Part shown: piece after piece, positions 43,750 to 54,072 of the stretch
Layout: every line of letters begins with the position of its first letter
Position numbering within the stretch: the stretch's first letter is position 1
Source: Candidatus Omnitrophota bacterium
GTDB taxonomy: Bacteria > Omnitrophota > Gorgyraeia > S143-82
DNA length: 64,000 nt
Assembly (NCBI GenBank): GCA_015494465.1
Contig: WGBD01000002.1
Span: 197,267-261,266, forward strand
Reading direction: 5' to 3'
The notes under the pieces: model-generated
Told to the model about the DNA's origin: nothing
Database searches by the model: none
What the model saw: the letters and a program-made list of their open reading frames with translations, nothing else
Made by a program: the position numbers and the translations under genes

Positions 43750-44572
43750 CATCTCTTATTCCCTATTCTTCGGATTCCTTGCCTACTTCGCTATCCTCTT
43801 GTACCTCTACTTCAACCAAGATCGACTCATATTCCTCCCCACACCCGGTACCCCGATCATCACCCCCGCGAACTACGGTATAGATTACGAATCCCACATC
43901 CTACCCATCAACGACAAAGAAAGCGTCCACCTCTGGTTCATCCCCGGCAAGGAAGAACAGAGCCCCGTTCTCCTGTTCTGCCACGGGAATTCAGGCAACC
44001 TCGGTTCTCGGTTAGAGATACTAAGGGTCCTCTATCAACTTGGGATCCCTATAGCCATCTTTGACTACCGCGGATACGGGGAGAGTCGGGGGCGTCCTTC
44101 GGAAAAACACCTCTACGAAGACGGGGAACGGGTGCTAAGGTTCCTGAAGACCGAAAAGGGATACCCCCTCAAGGAGACCATCGTCATGGGAAGATCCTTG
44201 GGAGGGGCGGTGGCCTGTGAACTCGCCTACCGCCACCCCGATCTCTCAGGCCTTATACTGGACTCCGCCTTTACCTCTCTGGCAGAGATAGCCCAGATAC
44301 GCTATCCCTATGTCCCGGTATCGCTCTTATTAAAGTACCGCTTCGACAATCTATCCAAGGTCCAAGCAATCTCCATTCCAAAGCTGATAATCCACTCTCT
44401 TCAGGACGAGGTGATCCCCTTCTCCCTGGGACAGAGGCTATTCCAACGAGCCCGGCCTCCTAAGAGGTTCCTCTCCCTGCCCGCAGGTGGGCACAACGAT
44501 GCCTTCCTAGAATCCCAGGAAAGGTACCTTCAGGGGCTGAAAGAATTCCTGAGCGAAATAAGATCCCACTAA
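43724..44572 (+). CDS. alpha/beta-fold hydrolase
   Basis: 282 aa with an N-terminal TM segment, nucleophile elbow GRSLGG and a C-terminal His. Confidence 0.7.
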   Translation: MIWLILKNSISYSLFFGFLAYFAILLYLYFNQDRLIFLPTPGTPIITPANYGIDYESHILPINDKESVHLWFIPGKEEQSPVLLFCHGNSGNLGSRLEILRVLYQLGIPIAIFDYRGYGESRGRPSEKHLYEDGERVLRFLKTEKGYPLKETIVMGRSLGGAVACELAYRHPDLSGLILDSAFTSLAEIAQIRYPYVPVSLLLKYRFDNLSKVQAISIPKLIIHSLQDEVIPFSLGQRLFQRARPPKRFLSLPAGGHNDAFLESQERYLQGLKEFLSEIRSH

Positions 44573-45159
44573 TCCCGAAAGGGGCGGAAAAAGGGATGCG
44601 TAGCTAAGGCGAGCATCTCCCTGTCACCCCTGGAATCCCCGTAGGCGTAGATCTCGTCGTATTGGGATAGATCGAAGACCTCCCGAATCCTCCTCGTCTT
44701 CTCTGCCCCGTAACAATTCTTGCCCAAGATCTTCCCGGTAACTATCCCGTCCCTTTCCTCTAACTCCACCCCGATCACCCTTCGTATCCCTACCCCCTTG
44801 GCCCAGGGCCGGAGATAAACCTCCAAAGAGGCAGAAACGATCGCCACCTCGTCCCCTCTAGACTGATGCCAGGTTATTCTATCTAACGCCTTTGGTCTTA
44901 CCAAGGCAGGCAACCGCTCCTTCGCGAACCTCTGCCCCAAATCCGCCACCTCCTTTAGGGTCCTGCCAGAGAGGGTAGCGGTAAGTACCCTTTCCTTTAC
45001 GCTTTGATTATCAACCAACCCCAAGAAGTATCCGAGGAGATAAGGCCACTGACCCAATAAGCGAGGATAGAAATCCCACCCCAATGCATAGCGCAAGAAC
45101 TCAGAGATACTCTCTCGATAGGTAATAGTACCGTCGAAGTCAAAGAGGGCTAGATTCAT
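44569..45159 (-). CDS. HAD-superfamily hydrolase (subfamily IB-like)
   Basis: 196 aa. Motif I LFDFDGTIT. Distal Asp motif YGDSRGD. Confidence 0.65.
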   Translation of the reverse strand: MNLALFDFDGTITYRESISEFLRYALGWDFYPRLLGQWPYLLGYFLGLVDNQSVKERVLTATLSGRTLKEVADLGQRFAKERLPALVRPKALDRITWHQSRGDEVAIVSASLEVYLRPWAKGVGIRRVIGVELEERDGIVTGKILGKNCYGAEKTRRIREVFDLSQYDEIYAYGDSRGDREMLALATHPFFRPFRD

Positions 45160-45394
45160 CCGGTCCGGCTCTCTTGTTTAGGAGCTCACTGATCTCCTCT
45201 AAGGAGAGCTCGCTCTCTGCAGATACGAGGTTCTCGTTCCTTATCTGCTCGAATATCTCTTTTCTATAGACCGGGATCGAGGCGGGAGCCTTTATGCCCA
45301 ACTTCACCACCTCTCCCCTTACATCGAGAACGACGACCTCCACATCGCTCCCGATCATTAGGCTCTCCTGTTTCTTCCTGGTCAATACCAGCAT
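45140..45394 (-). CDS. csrA: carbon storage regulator CsrA
   Basis: 84 aa: MLVLTRKKQESLMIGSDVEVVVLDVRGEVVKLGIKAPASIPVYRKEI. Classic CsrA. Confidence 0.9.
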   Translation of the reverse strand: MLVLTRKKQESLMIGSDVEVVVLDVRGEVVKLGIKAPASIPVYRKEIFEQIRNENLVSAESELSLEEISELLNKRAGPDESSPL

Positions 45395-45847
45395 CTATCC
45401 TACAGCCTCTTCTTCCCGCTGGGTCTCTACTCTAAGGACCTCAAACTGGAGAGGATACTCTTCAGGATCGAGAACTACTTGCTTGGCCTTTTTGTTAATC
45501 CTATTCACCAGTATAGGGCCTTGCAGGTTAAGCGTCACCCGCAAGGGATTCTTCCTAATAGAGACCAACACCCATATCTCTCCGTTTGACAGCTCGGTAA
45601 GCCCGATGTCCTCCAGCTGACTCCTATGGAGTCGGATCTTGTAATCGGGAACGAACACCAAGGGATTCGTGATTACGAAGGCCAAGGCGGGATTCTCTAC
45701 CGACTGCATCCAATAAAAAGGGCCGTTGTCCTCTCGCAATATCACATACCTGCGCTCAGAGGGAAAACCCAGTATTCCCTGGGGGAAATCTATTATCTCA
45801 TCCTTGGATATCCTTATCTCCCCAAACCTCGTGGTGTGGATCTTCAT
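45395..45847 (-). CDS. fliW: flagellar assembly factor FliW
   Basis: 150 aa: MKIHTTRFGEIRISKDEIIDFPQGILGFP. FliW family, directly upstream of csrA. Confidence 0.9.
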   Translation of the reverse strand: MKIHTTRFGEIRISKDEIIDFPQGILGFPSERRYVILREDNGPFYWMQSVENPALAFVITNPLVFVPDYKIRLHRSQLEDIGLTELSNGEIWVLVSIRKNPLRVTLNLQGPILVNRINKKAKQVVLDPEEYPLQFEVLRVETQREEEAVG

Positions 45848-45877
45848 AGCCTAATCCTTTCCTCAAATATTCTACCC

Positions 45878-47104
45878 TTACTTCAGAAAATCTAAAAGGG
45901 ATGGTTGAATGACGGTAGTTAAGGACTTTAAGAGAGATTGGTATATGTTTTGCTCCTTCGTCAGCTTCACCGTCACATCTGCCATGTCCGCATCTTCCAC
46001 TTCGGAAAGGAGATTAGTTATGTTCACCAACTCACTGTCCAATTTGGATCGCGTCATCTCCAGTCTTTGGGCACGAGTCCCCACCTCAACCCAGGCCTGC
46101 AAGGCCTTGTCTATGACGGAGTCTATCTCTCCTGCCACCTGAAGGATCTTATTTGCGTCGTTTCCCTCCAACCCCTCTTTTAACCTCAACAACACCCCAA
46201 ATATGTCGTCGGATTCATCTAAGCCCACTATGCCCAGATCCTGGGCGGTCTGGGTACTCTCTACCGACAAGGTCGTTCCACTCACGGTGGAGCGAAGATT
46301 TATACCCGTACCCGCCTCGTTTATCTCCGCAACCACATTTATACCCGCAGAGTTTATTGCATTGAGGACATCGCCTACCGTGTCGGTAGGATTTACCGAT
46401 ATAGTAGCGGTTTGATTGCCATTGTGTATAATTACCGTCCCAGCGTGGACTCCGCTACCTGAATTGAAGGTAGACAACAGAGTAGTTTCGGTGATAGGGG
46501 TTACGGTTGCATTCACATTGGCTCCCCTTATCATCGTCTGGGGATCGGCAAAGATGTTCCTCCCAATCTGATTCAACTGCATCTGGATCCCCTTGCTGAT
46601 CTCCACATACATCGCACCTTCGTCGCCGTTGTACCTGACGACCTCCTTGCCCCCCACGATTTCCCGAGTAAAAGGCTGGGTCCGAGTACGATATCCGCCG
46701 AATATGTACCTATTGCCATGCTTGGTATTGGCCAACTGCACTATCTGGCCTATTATGCTGTCGACCTGCAGGGCTGCACTCCTGCGGGTCTGTTCGTCTG
46801 CGGAATCGCTCCCCTGCTCAAGGGCTATGGCCTTGGCGTTGTTCAACAACTGGGTAACATTAGAGAGGGCGGTATCCGCAACCGACATCCAGGACTGGGC
46901 GTATCCAATGTTGCTTTGATACTGGGCTATGTCGTCGAGCTCTTTTCGATATAAGAGATCCTGGGTCACATCTGCAGGGGCGTCTGAAGGACGATTGATC
47001 CGCTTACCCGTAGCGATCTGCTCCTGCAGGCGTATAAACCGATCAAAGGCCAAGGTGAGATTGCGGTAGGCCTTCTCGTATATCATGTTAGTGGATATCC
47101 TCAT
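45878..47104 (-). CDS. flgL: flagellar hook-associated protein 3 FlgL
   Basis: 408 aa with flagellin-like N- and C-terminal helical domains. N-terminus MRISTNMIYEKAYRNL. Confidence 0.8.
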   Translation of the reverse strand: MRISTNMIYEKAYRNLTLAFDRFIRLQEQIATGKRINRPSDAPADVTQDLLYRKELDDIAQYQSNIGYAQSWMSVADTALSNVTQLLNNAKAIALEQGSDSADEQTRRSAALQVDSIIGQIVQLANTKHGNRYIFGGYRTRTQPFTREIVGGKEVVRYNGDEGAMYVEISKGIQMQLNQIGRNIFADPQTMIRGANVNATVTPITETTLLSTFNSGSGVHAGTVIIHNGNQTATISVNPTDTVGDVLNAINSAGINVVAEINEAGTGINLRSTVSGTTLSVESTQTAQDLGIVGLDESDDIFGVLLRLKEGLEGNDANKILQVAGEIDSVIDKALQAWVEVGTRAQRLEMTRSKLDSELVNITNLLSEVEDADMADVTVKLTKEQNIYQSLLKSLTTVIQPSLLDFLK

Positions 47105-48807
47105 CCCGCCACCTCGTTTATCAGGATGTCCAAGAGCTCGTCAACCGCGTTGATGTACTTCGCCGCTGCCTCGTAGGCCCGCTGGAACCGCATGAGGTTC
47201 ATCGCCTCTTCGTCAAGTGAAACCCCGGAGATCTCTTCTATGCTGTTCTTGATGTGCGTAATAAGGGTCTCCTGGGCCTCCTTCATGTTGTCTGCCTCTC
47301 TCTTATCCACTCCCATCATGCCCAGGGTAGAGGCATAATAGTCGTATATCGTAGCAGATCCTCCCTCCATTAGATCTGCATCCTTAAGCCTTGCGATAGC
47401 TATGGCATTGTTGCCGTCACCGATTTCCCCAGAGGCCGAGGCGGAGATGTACTTCACATTGCTGGCGATCGGATCGCTAACCGCAATAGTACCTGCAGAG
47501 TTGCCTTTGAAGAAGACATTCAATCCTAAGGCAGTCAAGGCCCCACTGCCATCCTGATTGAGGAAGAACCTATATCCGTCTTCTGCCTCAACATGGAGGT
47601 GGCCATCGCTATCTAGGTAGGCCCTGAGATGGGATATACCACTGGAGAAATCCGAACCTATAGCAGTGATTATGTCGTTTGCACTGGTCCCACCCGCACC
47701 ACTGGTAATGCTAATGGTATTGGCGGAGAGGGTATTCCCCGCGGTGTCCTTGACCGTGATCACGAACGAGCCATCCGAGACCACATCGTAAAAGTCCAAC
47801 CCGCTATCGCTGCTGCTGATACTCGCGTCTGCATCCTGCAGGGCATAGCTAGATGTCAAGGAGCTGAAGCCCTCCAATCCCCATCCTTGGGTGTGCTGTC
47901 GGTTGACCTCCACTATGAGGGTCCTGGCTATCTGATTAACCCTATCTAGGTAGGCAGGTATTTTTACATCTCTGGCTATCATAGCGCCCTTTAACTTGCC
48001 AGCGCGGGCCTGGACCGGAGCATTGTTCATCTCCCATATGGGAACTACGTGTCCCTCTTCGTTATAACGGTAGGTAATCGTCGTCGCAGAGACCCTATCT
48101 ACCAGATTCACCCCACCAACGCTTACCAAGACCGTTCCGTCGGGCTGTTCCTCGGTGGTGAAGTCTATCAGTTCTGATAGCCGTCTCAACATCTCGTCCC
48201 TCTGATCGCGAAGATCGTTAGCGACGAAATCTCCTACCTCGTAGAACCTGATCCTGTCGTTAAGGGAGGCGATGTTGCTGGCTAGGCTGTTTATTTCCTG
48301 GATGTAGGCCTTTATGGCCTCGTCCGCGTCGTACCTGAGCCCTTGTATCTTTTCGTACAACATGTTTAGGTGTGCGGTTAACATCTCCGACTGGTGCAGC
48401 ACATTGCTCCGCGAGGTCTGTTCTTCGGGCGTAAGAGAGAGGTCTTCCCATCTACCCCAAAACTCTGACAACAACTTGTTCAGACCCTCGTCTGAAGGCT
48501 CGTTAAAGTAGAGTTCCAAGCGCGACAAAAACTTCTCTATCTCCTCCCACTGCCCCAATAGCTTGGTCTCGTTGCGCAATTGTATGTCCAAAAAACCCTC
48601 TCTTATCCTGGCTATACGGGCAATTTCTACGCCGGTCCCCTTGACTCCCCAGGGAGTCAGATCGGGCAATGCCTCTACTAACTCCACCCTCTGACGGGAA
48701 TAACCAGGGGTATTGGCATTGGCTATGTTATGGCCAGTGGTCTCAAGGGCCAGTTGGGCAGCCCGCAATGCCCTTATACCTGCGGTAAATCCGGAAAATC
48801 CTCCCAT
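47101..48807 (-). CDS. flgK: flagellar hook-associated protein 1 FlgK
   Basis: 568 aa. N-terminal rod/hook motif GIRALRAAQLALETTGHNIANANTPGYSRQ. Confidence 0.85.
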   Translation of the reverse strand: MGGFSGFTAGIRALRAAQLALETTGHNIANANTPGYSRQRVELVEALPDLTPWGVKGTGVEIARIARIREGFLDIQLRNETKLLGQWEEIEKFLSRLELYFNEPSDEGLNKLLSEFWGRWEDLSLTPEEQTSRSNVLHQSEMLTAHLNMLYEKIQGLRYDADEAIKAYIQEINSLASNIASLNDRIRFYEVGDFVANDLRDQRDEMLRRLSELIDFTTEEQPDGTVLVSVGGVNLVDRVSATTITYRYNEEGHVVPIWEMNNAPVQARAGKLKGAMIARDVKIPAYLDRVNQIARTLIVEVNRQHTQGWGLEGFSSLTSSYALQDADASISSSDSGLDFYDVVSDGSFVITVKDTAGNTLSANTISITSGAGGTSANDIITAIGSDFSSGISHLRAYLDSDGHLHVEAEDGYRFFLNQDGSGALTALGLNVFFKGNSAGTIAVSDPIASNVKYISASASGEIGDGNNAIAIARLKDADLMEGGSATIYDYYASTLGMMGVDKREADNMKEAQETLITHIKNSIEEISGVSLDEEAMNLMRFQRAYEAAAKYINAVDELLDILINEVAG

Positions 48808-48808
48808 A

Positions 48809-49285
48809 TCACGCCCTCAGGTTATACACCCTCCCAAAGGTCCTCTCCTTCTTCCCCGTACAGCTGTAGCCTACGAAATCGAGCGAGGCAAACATCCCTA
48901 TCAGCTCTTCAACATAACACAACACGGTCCTCACGGTGTAACGCATCAGCCTGCTTTGGAGACGGATGTCTTCCAATACCTCCTTTAAGCGATCCTGCAG
49001 GTGTCTAAGGCCATTCCTTTCCTCGGGAGGGGCCATCCGTATCAGGTCTGACAACCTATCCGATCCTGCCAGACCAACACCTTTTCCCAATCGCCTACAG
49101 ATCTGCACTCTCTCTGCCTCCAGTTCCCGCAACCTCTCCTGTATCTTGGCCTGCATGCCGACAGTTTTCTCCAAACTATCCACATCCCTCTTAACCAAGG
49201 CCTCTTTGACCTTGCCGAGGGTCTCCCCAAACTCCTTGTATAGGCTCAATTGCTGGGTCAGTATTCGCTTTAGTTCCTTCCACAT
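48809..49285 (-). CDS. flgN: FlgN-like flagellar export chaperone
   Basis: 158 aa, helical. Immediately upstream of flgK, the classic position. Confidence 0.5.
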   Translation of the reverse strand: MWKELKRILTQQLSLYKEFGETLGKVKEALVKRDVDSLEKTVGMQAKIQERLRELEAERVQICRRLGKGVGLAGSDRLSDLIRMAPPEERNGLRHLQDRLKEVLEDIRLQSRLMRYTVRTVLCYVEELIGMFASLDFVGYSCTGKKERTFGRVYNLRA

Positions 49286-49323
49286 CCCGCTCTCGACCTC
49301 CTAACCACCTTATCGTCTCTCTT

Positions 49324-49620
49324 CTACCGCTCCTTTACCAAAAACTTCTCCATAGACCTGTAAACCAGATCCCCCAACCCCAAGACCGAGCGTTGAGACA
49401 AATAGCGTGACAACTCCAAGTTTTTTATGTCGCGGTAGATCTCTTCCCCCTCCCCACCAAACAAGATGTCAGCGGGTCCTAATCCCTTTTCCATCTCCTT
49501 CAATAACATATACACAAACATCGATTCTACCTCCTTAGAGGCAGCCCTCAAGCGTTGAGACTCACTCCCCCGCACCTCTAAAGTAGATAGATTTAAACCC
49601 AGGCCTAATACGCTATTCAC
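49324..49620 (-). CDS. rod-binding protein (FlgJ N-terminal domain homolog, no glucosaminidase domain)
   Basis: 98 aa. Rod_binding motif EVESMFVYMLLKEMEK. Confidence 0.6.
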   Translation of the reverse strand: MNSVLGLGLNLSTLEVRGSESQRLRAASKEVESMFVYMLLKEMEKGLGPADILFGGEGEEIYRDIKNLELSRYLSQRSVLGLGDLVYRSMEKFLVKER

Positions 49621-49629
49621 ATCCCCTCC

Positions 49630-50727
49630 TCAAATAATCACCAACTCTGCAGAAAGCGCCCCTGCGGACTTTATCGCCTGGAAGATGGATATGATGTCTC
49701 TGGGGCTTACCCCCAAGGCATTCAAGGCAGAGGCAAGGGTCCCGACCGTCGGCGTAGAGTTCACCACGACCATCTTCCCCTCTTGCTCCACCACCTTTAC
49801 CCCGTTCTGGGGCATCACCTCGGTAGACCCCGCGGACAAGGGCATCGGCTGGGATACCAACCACTGGGACTTCACCTCTATAGAGAGGCTTCCGTGGGAT
49901 ATCGCAACCGTATCTATCTTCACATCCTTGCCCGCAACGACCGTACCGGTGCGCTCGTTTATCACCACCCGGGCATTCACATCCGGCTCTACCTTCACCT
50001 GCTCCAGCAGGGAGATGAAGTCCACTGCGGAATCCCTAAACTCCTTCGGCATCTGCACCATAACCCTCGAGGCAGAGATGGGATGGGCTATCTTCCCCCA
50101 CTGCTCGTTTATCGCCTCTGCAAGTCTGGAGGCAGTAGTAAAGTCGGGCTGATTCAGTGAGATTATCACCCTATCCGTATGCACGAACTCCACTGGTATC
50201 TCCCTTTCCACGATCGCGCCGTTTGGGATGCGACCTACCGTGGGATGGTTCTTCTGGGTCTTGCTCCTGCCCTGTCCGGCGCTGTAGCCACCCAGAGAAA
50301 GGGGGCCCTGGGCCACCGCGTATACCTTCCCATCCGGTCCCATCAACGGGGTCATCAACAGGACCCCGTTGGAGAGATCCGTCGCATCCCCGATAGAGGA
50401 TACCAGACAGTCTATTTTCGTGCCCGGGGTAACGAAGGCAGGGATCCTTGCAGTAACGACCACCGCTGCGACATTCTTCATCTTGATGTCCTTGGGGGAT
50501 AGGTTTATCCCCATCTCCTTCATCATGTTAGCAATGGCTCGGGAGGAAAATATTGCAGAGGACTTATCCCCGGTCCCGTTGAGGCCTACCACCACACCGT
50601 AGCCTATCAGCTGGTTCTCCCTTACCCCTTCTACGCGGGCTATGTCCTTCAAGCGCACGGAGTAGACACCTGCTTGGGACAGGGAAGTCCCGAGCAACAC
50701 CAACGAGAGTACCAACCACCTCTTCAT
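49630..50727 (-). CDS. flgI: flagellar P-ring protein FlgI
   Basis: 365 aa with signal peptide. Motif GYGVVVGLNGTGDK. Confidence 0.9.
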   Translation of the reverse strand: MKRWLVLSLVLLGTSLSQAGVYSVRLKDIARVEGVRENQLIGYGVVVGLNGTGDKSSAIFSSRAIANMMKEMGINLSPKDIKMKNVAAVVVTARIPAFVTPGTKIDCLVSSIGDATDLSNGVLLMTPLMGPDGKVYAVAQGPLSLGGYSAGQGRSKTQKNHPTVGRIPNGAIVEREIPVEFVHTDRVIISLNQPDFTTASRLAEAINEQWGKIAHPISASRVMVQMPKEFRDSAVDFISLLEQVKVEPDVNARVVINERTGTVVAGKDVKIDTVAISHGSLSIEVKSQWLVSQPMPLSAGSTEVMPQNGVKVVEQEGKMVVVNSTPTVGTLASALNALGVSPRDIISIFQAIKSAGALSAELVII

Positions 50728-50742
50728 CGTATCGTCACCCCT

Positions 50743-51399
50743 TTAGAACAACCACGCCAGATCGAAGAACCACTCCAGCAACCCCTTGTTATTCTGCTTA
50801 TCACCGAGCGTGCCAAGGCCCTTACAACTGATCTTGGCATTGGCAATGCGGGAGGATTCCACCGTGTTGTCCGAAGTAATGTCTTCGGGTCTAACCTCTC
50901 CGGTCAGGGTTACATACTGCCTCTCCCCGTTTATCTCTATCTCCTTCTGCCCTTCGATAACGAAGACCCCATTCGGCAGGATGTCTATTATCTTTGCGGA
51001 CATCTTGGCCACGAACTTCTGGGAACGGGTGGTCTTGCCCTTGGACTTGTACTCGTGAGAGGCGCTCGTGTCTATCTTGGGCAGATTCGCGTTGGGAAGG
51101 GAATAGGCCTTTACATCCGGGAGGATCCCCAAGCTATTCAATATTACTTTAATCCAACTCTTCACCTCGTCCTTTATGGTGGTCTCCCGCTTGGTCTTGG
51201 TGTCCGCGTCCGTCTCTGCGGTTGAGGTCTCGGTTATAACGATAGTGAGGATGTCCCCTATCTGCCTTGCCCTCCTGTCCATAAACATGGAGCCCTTGCC
51301 CATACGCTCTCTCTCCATCCACAAGGACCCTGCAATCCCTTCTCCTGCGAAAATCAAGGTAAAGACCAAGAAGACCATAGACAACCCTATCCTCTTCAT
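50743..51399 (-). CDS. flgH: flagellar L-ring protein FlgH
   Basis: 218 aa with signal peptide. Motif GDILTIVITE. Confidence 0.85.
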   Translation of the reverse strand: MKRIGLSMVFLVFTLIFAGEGIAGSLWMERERMGKGSMFMDRRARQIGDILTIVITETSTAETDADTKTKRETTIKDEVKSWIKVILNSLGILPDVKAYSLPNANLPKIDTSASHEYKSKGKTTRSQKFVAKMSAKIIDILPNGVFVIEGQKEIEINGERQYVTLTGEVRPEDITSDNTVESSRIANAKISCKGLGTLGDKQNNKGLLEWFFDLAWLF

Positions 51400-52331
51400 C
51401 TCCTCACCACCACCTCTCCCGGACCGACGACTTCTGCCAGAAATCGCTTACCGGTGGAAACATTTGCCACCACTATATCCTCCGCAGGCAGACCGTTTTC
51501 CTGCGCAATGCCAACTGTGGATACGACCACGCCACCCGAGCGATAACAGACCTTCACCTCCTGGCCCTTCTTTATCACATACCTTCTGGTTACATCCCTG
51601 CGCATCAGTATGTGGCCCCTCTTCAGCGGATACCTCACCGTCCAGCCGACCGGTGATTCCCGTCCCGGAAAGGCTCCTGCATGTCCACCATCACCATCTT
51701 CCGCCGGCTCAAGATCTTCCCTCTTCAACACCTCACCTGCCGGCACATCTCTGGTGAGTCTCCACAATTTCCCCCTCACGATAGGCACCACCTTTACCGG
51801 TATCACCCTGCCCCTGCACATCAACCGGACATAACAATGGCCAGCGCAATCTTCGGGCAAGGATACTTCGATCTGCGAAAGGTCCTCACAGCCTATGTTG
51901 GGCAATGTCTGCTGTTCCAAACGATAGCCCATAGACGAAAGGCGTCCCTTCAACCAAGTCAGGACCTCACCTCCTGACAAGACCGCCTCTCTCCGATAGA
52001 TCTCGACCTTACCCTCCACCTTTACCCCTACTCCTCTCAAGGCGAGCATCCGGGAGACATCCTCTCCAGTCCAGCGGAACACATCTCCCTCCTCCGGTGC
52101 GGGCGAAAGTATCACATCATCTATCCCTGAAAGATCCTCCACCACATCCGAGAGTCTGACGAATCGAGAATTCAACACGACCTTATCCTTCAACCGAAGC
52201 GATTGCCTCTCTTCCGCCCATCCAGGCAGGATGAACAAGAGGACCAGCCAGAAGACCGCCATCGCAAGGAGCGAGATGGCTATGGACCTTATTACCTCTA
52301 CCCAGTACAGCCCTACATTCTTATTACTCAT
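51396..52331 (-). CDS. flgA: flagellar basal-body P-ring formation protein FlgA (SAF domain)
   Basis: 311 aa with an N-terminal TM/signal and a C-terminal SAF-like domain. Position between flgG and flgH. Confidence 0.6.
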   Translation of the reverse strand: MSNKNVGLYWVEVIRSIAISLLAMAVFWLVLLFILPGWAEERQSLRLKDKVVLNSRFVRLSDVVEDLSGIDDVILSPAPEEGDVFRWTGEDVSRMLALRGVGVKVEGKVEIYRREAVLSGGEVLTWLKGRLSSMGYRLEQQTLPNIGCEDLSQIEVSLPEDCAGHCYVRLMCRGRVIPVKVVPIVRGKLWRLTRDVPAGEVLKREDLEPAEDGDGGHAGAFPGRESPVGWTVRYPLKRGHILMRRDVTRRYVIKKGQEVKVCYRSGGVVVSTVGIAQENGLPAEDIVVANVSTGKRFLAEVVGPGEVVVRR

Positions 52332-52334
52332 AGA

Positions 52335-53132
52335 TCACCTCTTGAGGGTATTGGCGATCTGGAGCATCTCGTCCGCAGTCTGCACTGCCTTGGAGTTCAT
52401 CTCGTAGGCCCTTTGGGCCACGATCATATTCACCATCTCGTCCACCACCTTCACATTGGACATCTCCAGGAACCCCTGCCTTATCATACCGAAGTCGTCC
52501 TGACCCGGGGTCCCGGTTATCGGATCACCCGAAGCCTCGGTGGGGAGAAACAGGTTCATACCAATCGCCTTAAGGCCTGCAGGATTGACGAATTTCACCA
52601 GCTCTATGTTCCCAACCACCTGCGGGGTGGTCTCCCCCGGGACGACCACCGAGACCGTTCCGTCAATACCTATGGTAATCTCGGTCGCGTCCTCAGGGAT
52701 GGTAATCTCCGGCTCCAGATACATCCCTTCAGAGTTGACTATCTTTCCATCCTGATCTATCTTGAAGGACCCGTCCCGGGTGTAGGCTATCGTCCCGTCG
52801 GGCATAACTACCTGGAAAAAACCCTTGCCTTCGATGAGCATATCCAAGGGATTGCCCGTCTCCACGAAGTCCCCTTGAGAGAACTGTTTGGCTATCGCCA
52901 CCACCCGCACGCCGTGTCCCAACTGTATCCCGGTAGGCACCACCTGAGAACCTGCCACCGGCGTACCGGGGGACTTCATCACCGTATATAGTAGGTCCTC
53001 GAAGTCCGCCCGACTCTTCTTAAAGCCGGTGGTATTCACATTAGACAGGTTGTTGGCAATCACATCTACATTCGTCTGCTGAGCAGCCATCCCGCTGGCA
53101 GCGGTCCATAAGGCACTGATCATCTCCTGCAC
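52335..53132 (-). CDS. flgG: flagellar basal-body rod protein FlgG
   Basis: 265 aa. Motifs [13 protein letters not shown] at the N-terminus and [18 protein letters not shown] at the C-terminus. Confidence 0.9.
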   Translation of the reverse strand: MQEMISALWTAASGMAAQQTNVDVIANNLSNVNTTGFKKSRADFEDLLYTVMKSPGTPVAGSQVVPTGIQLGHGVRVVAIAKQFSQGDFVETGNPLDMLIEGKGFFQVVMPDGTIAYTRDGSFKIDQDGKIVNSEGMYLEPEITIPEDATEITIGIDGTVSVVVPGETTPQVVGNIELVKFVNPAGLKAIGMNLFLPTEASGDPITGTPGQDDFGMIRQGFLEMSNVKVVDEMVNMIVAQRAYEMNSKAVQTADEMLQIANTLKR

Positions 53133-53142
53133 CTCCGCTTAC

Positions 53143-53877
53143 TTACAGCCTCGGCACCTCCGCCAAGACCCTGCCCAACAACTCGTCGATCAGGCGTATC
53201 CCGTTGGCAGAGGCCTCGTAGGCCCTGTGGGCCACTATCATGTTGACCATCTCCTGGACGGGATTTACCGAACTGTCCTCCAAGTAGCCCTGATATATCC
53301 TGTAATTCTTGGGCTCAAATCCCGACTCCTCGGATACGAACAGATTCGCACCCTCTTTGCGGAGTCTGTACGGCTTGGGGAAGTCCACTATACGCAATCT
53401 ATCCACCATCTCCCCGTCCACCAAGACCTCGCCGAGGTAATTAATCACCACGCTACTCCCCTTTATCTGTATCGGACCGTTCAGTCCCAAGACCCTATTC
53501 CCCTCCGGGGTCGTTAGATAACCCTCCCTATCCAGCACGAAGTTCCCCGCACGGGTATACTTCTCTCCGGAAGGCGTCTGCACCACGAAAAAACCCTTCC
53601 CTGATATGGCCAGATCCAAGGGGTTGTCGGTGCGCCGCAGTTCCGCTTGCTTGATTATGGTATGATTGCCGTCAATGCGGACCCCGTAAGGGATGTTCTT
53701 CACGAATACTTCGCCCCCGGACACTGCTTGGGCCAACACCGAACCGAAACTGGAGAACACGGTCTCATCTCGTTTATAGCCAACGGTATTGGCGTTGGCC
53801 AGATTGTTGGATATGTCGTCAAGCCTCAGCATCTGAGAGACCGCGGACTGGGCCAACAGACCTGCGATCTTAAGCAT
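53143..53877 (-). CDS. flgF: flagellar basal-body rod protein FlgF
   Basis: 244 aa. Motifs SNNLANANTVGYK and [27 protein letters not shown] upstream. Confidence 0.8.
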   Translation of the reverse strand: MLKIAGLLAQSAVSQMLRLDDISNNLANANTVGYKRDETVFSSFGSVLAQAVSGGEVFVKNIPYGVRIDGNHTIIKQAELRRTDNPLDLAISGKGFFVVQTPSGEKYTRAGNFVLDREGYLTTPEGNRVLGLNGPIQIKGSSVVINYLGEVLVDGEMVDRLRIVDFPKPYRLRKEGANLFVSEESGFEPKNYRIYQGYLEDSSVNPVQEMVNMIVAHRAYEASANGIRLIDELLGRVLAEVPRL

Positions 53878-53900
53878 ACGCCACCTCCACCCCGGAAAGA

Positions 53901-53916
53901 TGCAAATACCGTGCCA
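53901..53916 (-). promoter_or_regulatory. sigma-54 (RpoN) -24/-12 promoter for the flgF-G-A-H-I...csrA operon
   Basis: The minus strand reads TGGCACGGTATTTGCA, a match to TGGCAC-N5-TTGCA. It lies ~25 nt upstream of the flgF ATG. Confidence 0.6.
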
Positions 53917-53988
53917 AAGAAATGAGAGGATACCAATTTAAGGTCAATTTAAGGTAAGGTAAAGGCGAGGAAGTAAGAAATCAAAAAC

Positions 53989-54061
53989 TGGACCGGAGGG
54001 GAGTCGAACCCCCGACCCCCACGTTGCGAACGTGGTGCTCTCCCAACTGAGCTACCGGCCC
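53989..54061 (-). tRNA. tRNA-Ala (anticodon CGC)
   Basis: Reverse complement GGGCCGGTAGCTCAGTTGGGAGAGCACCACGTTCGCAACGTGGGGGTCGGGGGTTCGACTCCCCTCCGGTCCA. G3:U70 pair. Anticodon arm CCACG-TTCGCAA-CGTGG. The backbone is identical to the tRNA-Ala at 18753-18825 outside the anticodon arm. Confidence 0.85.
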
Positions 54062-54072
54062 ATGTCTAAGGA

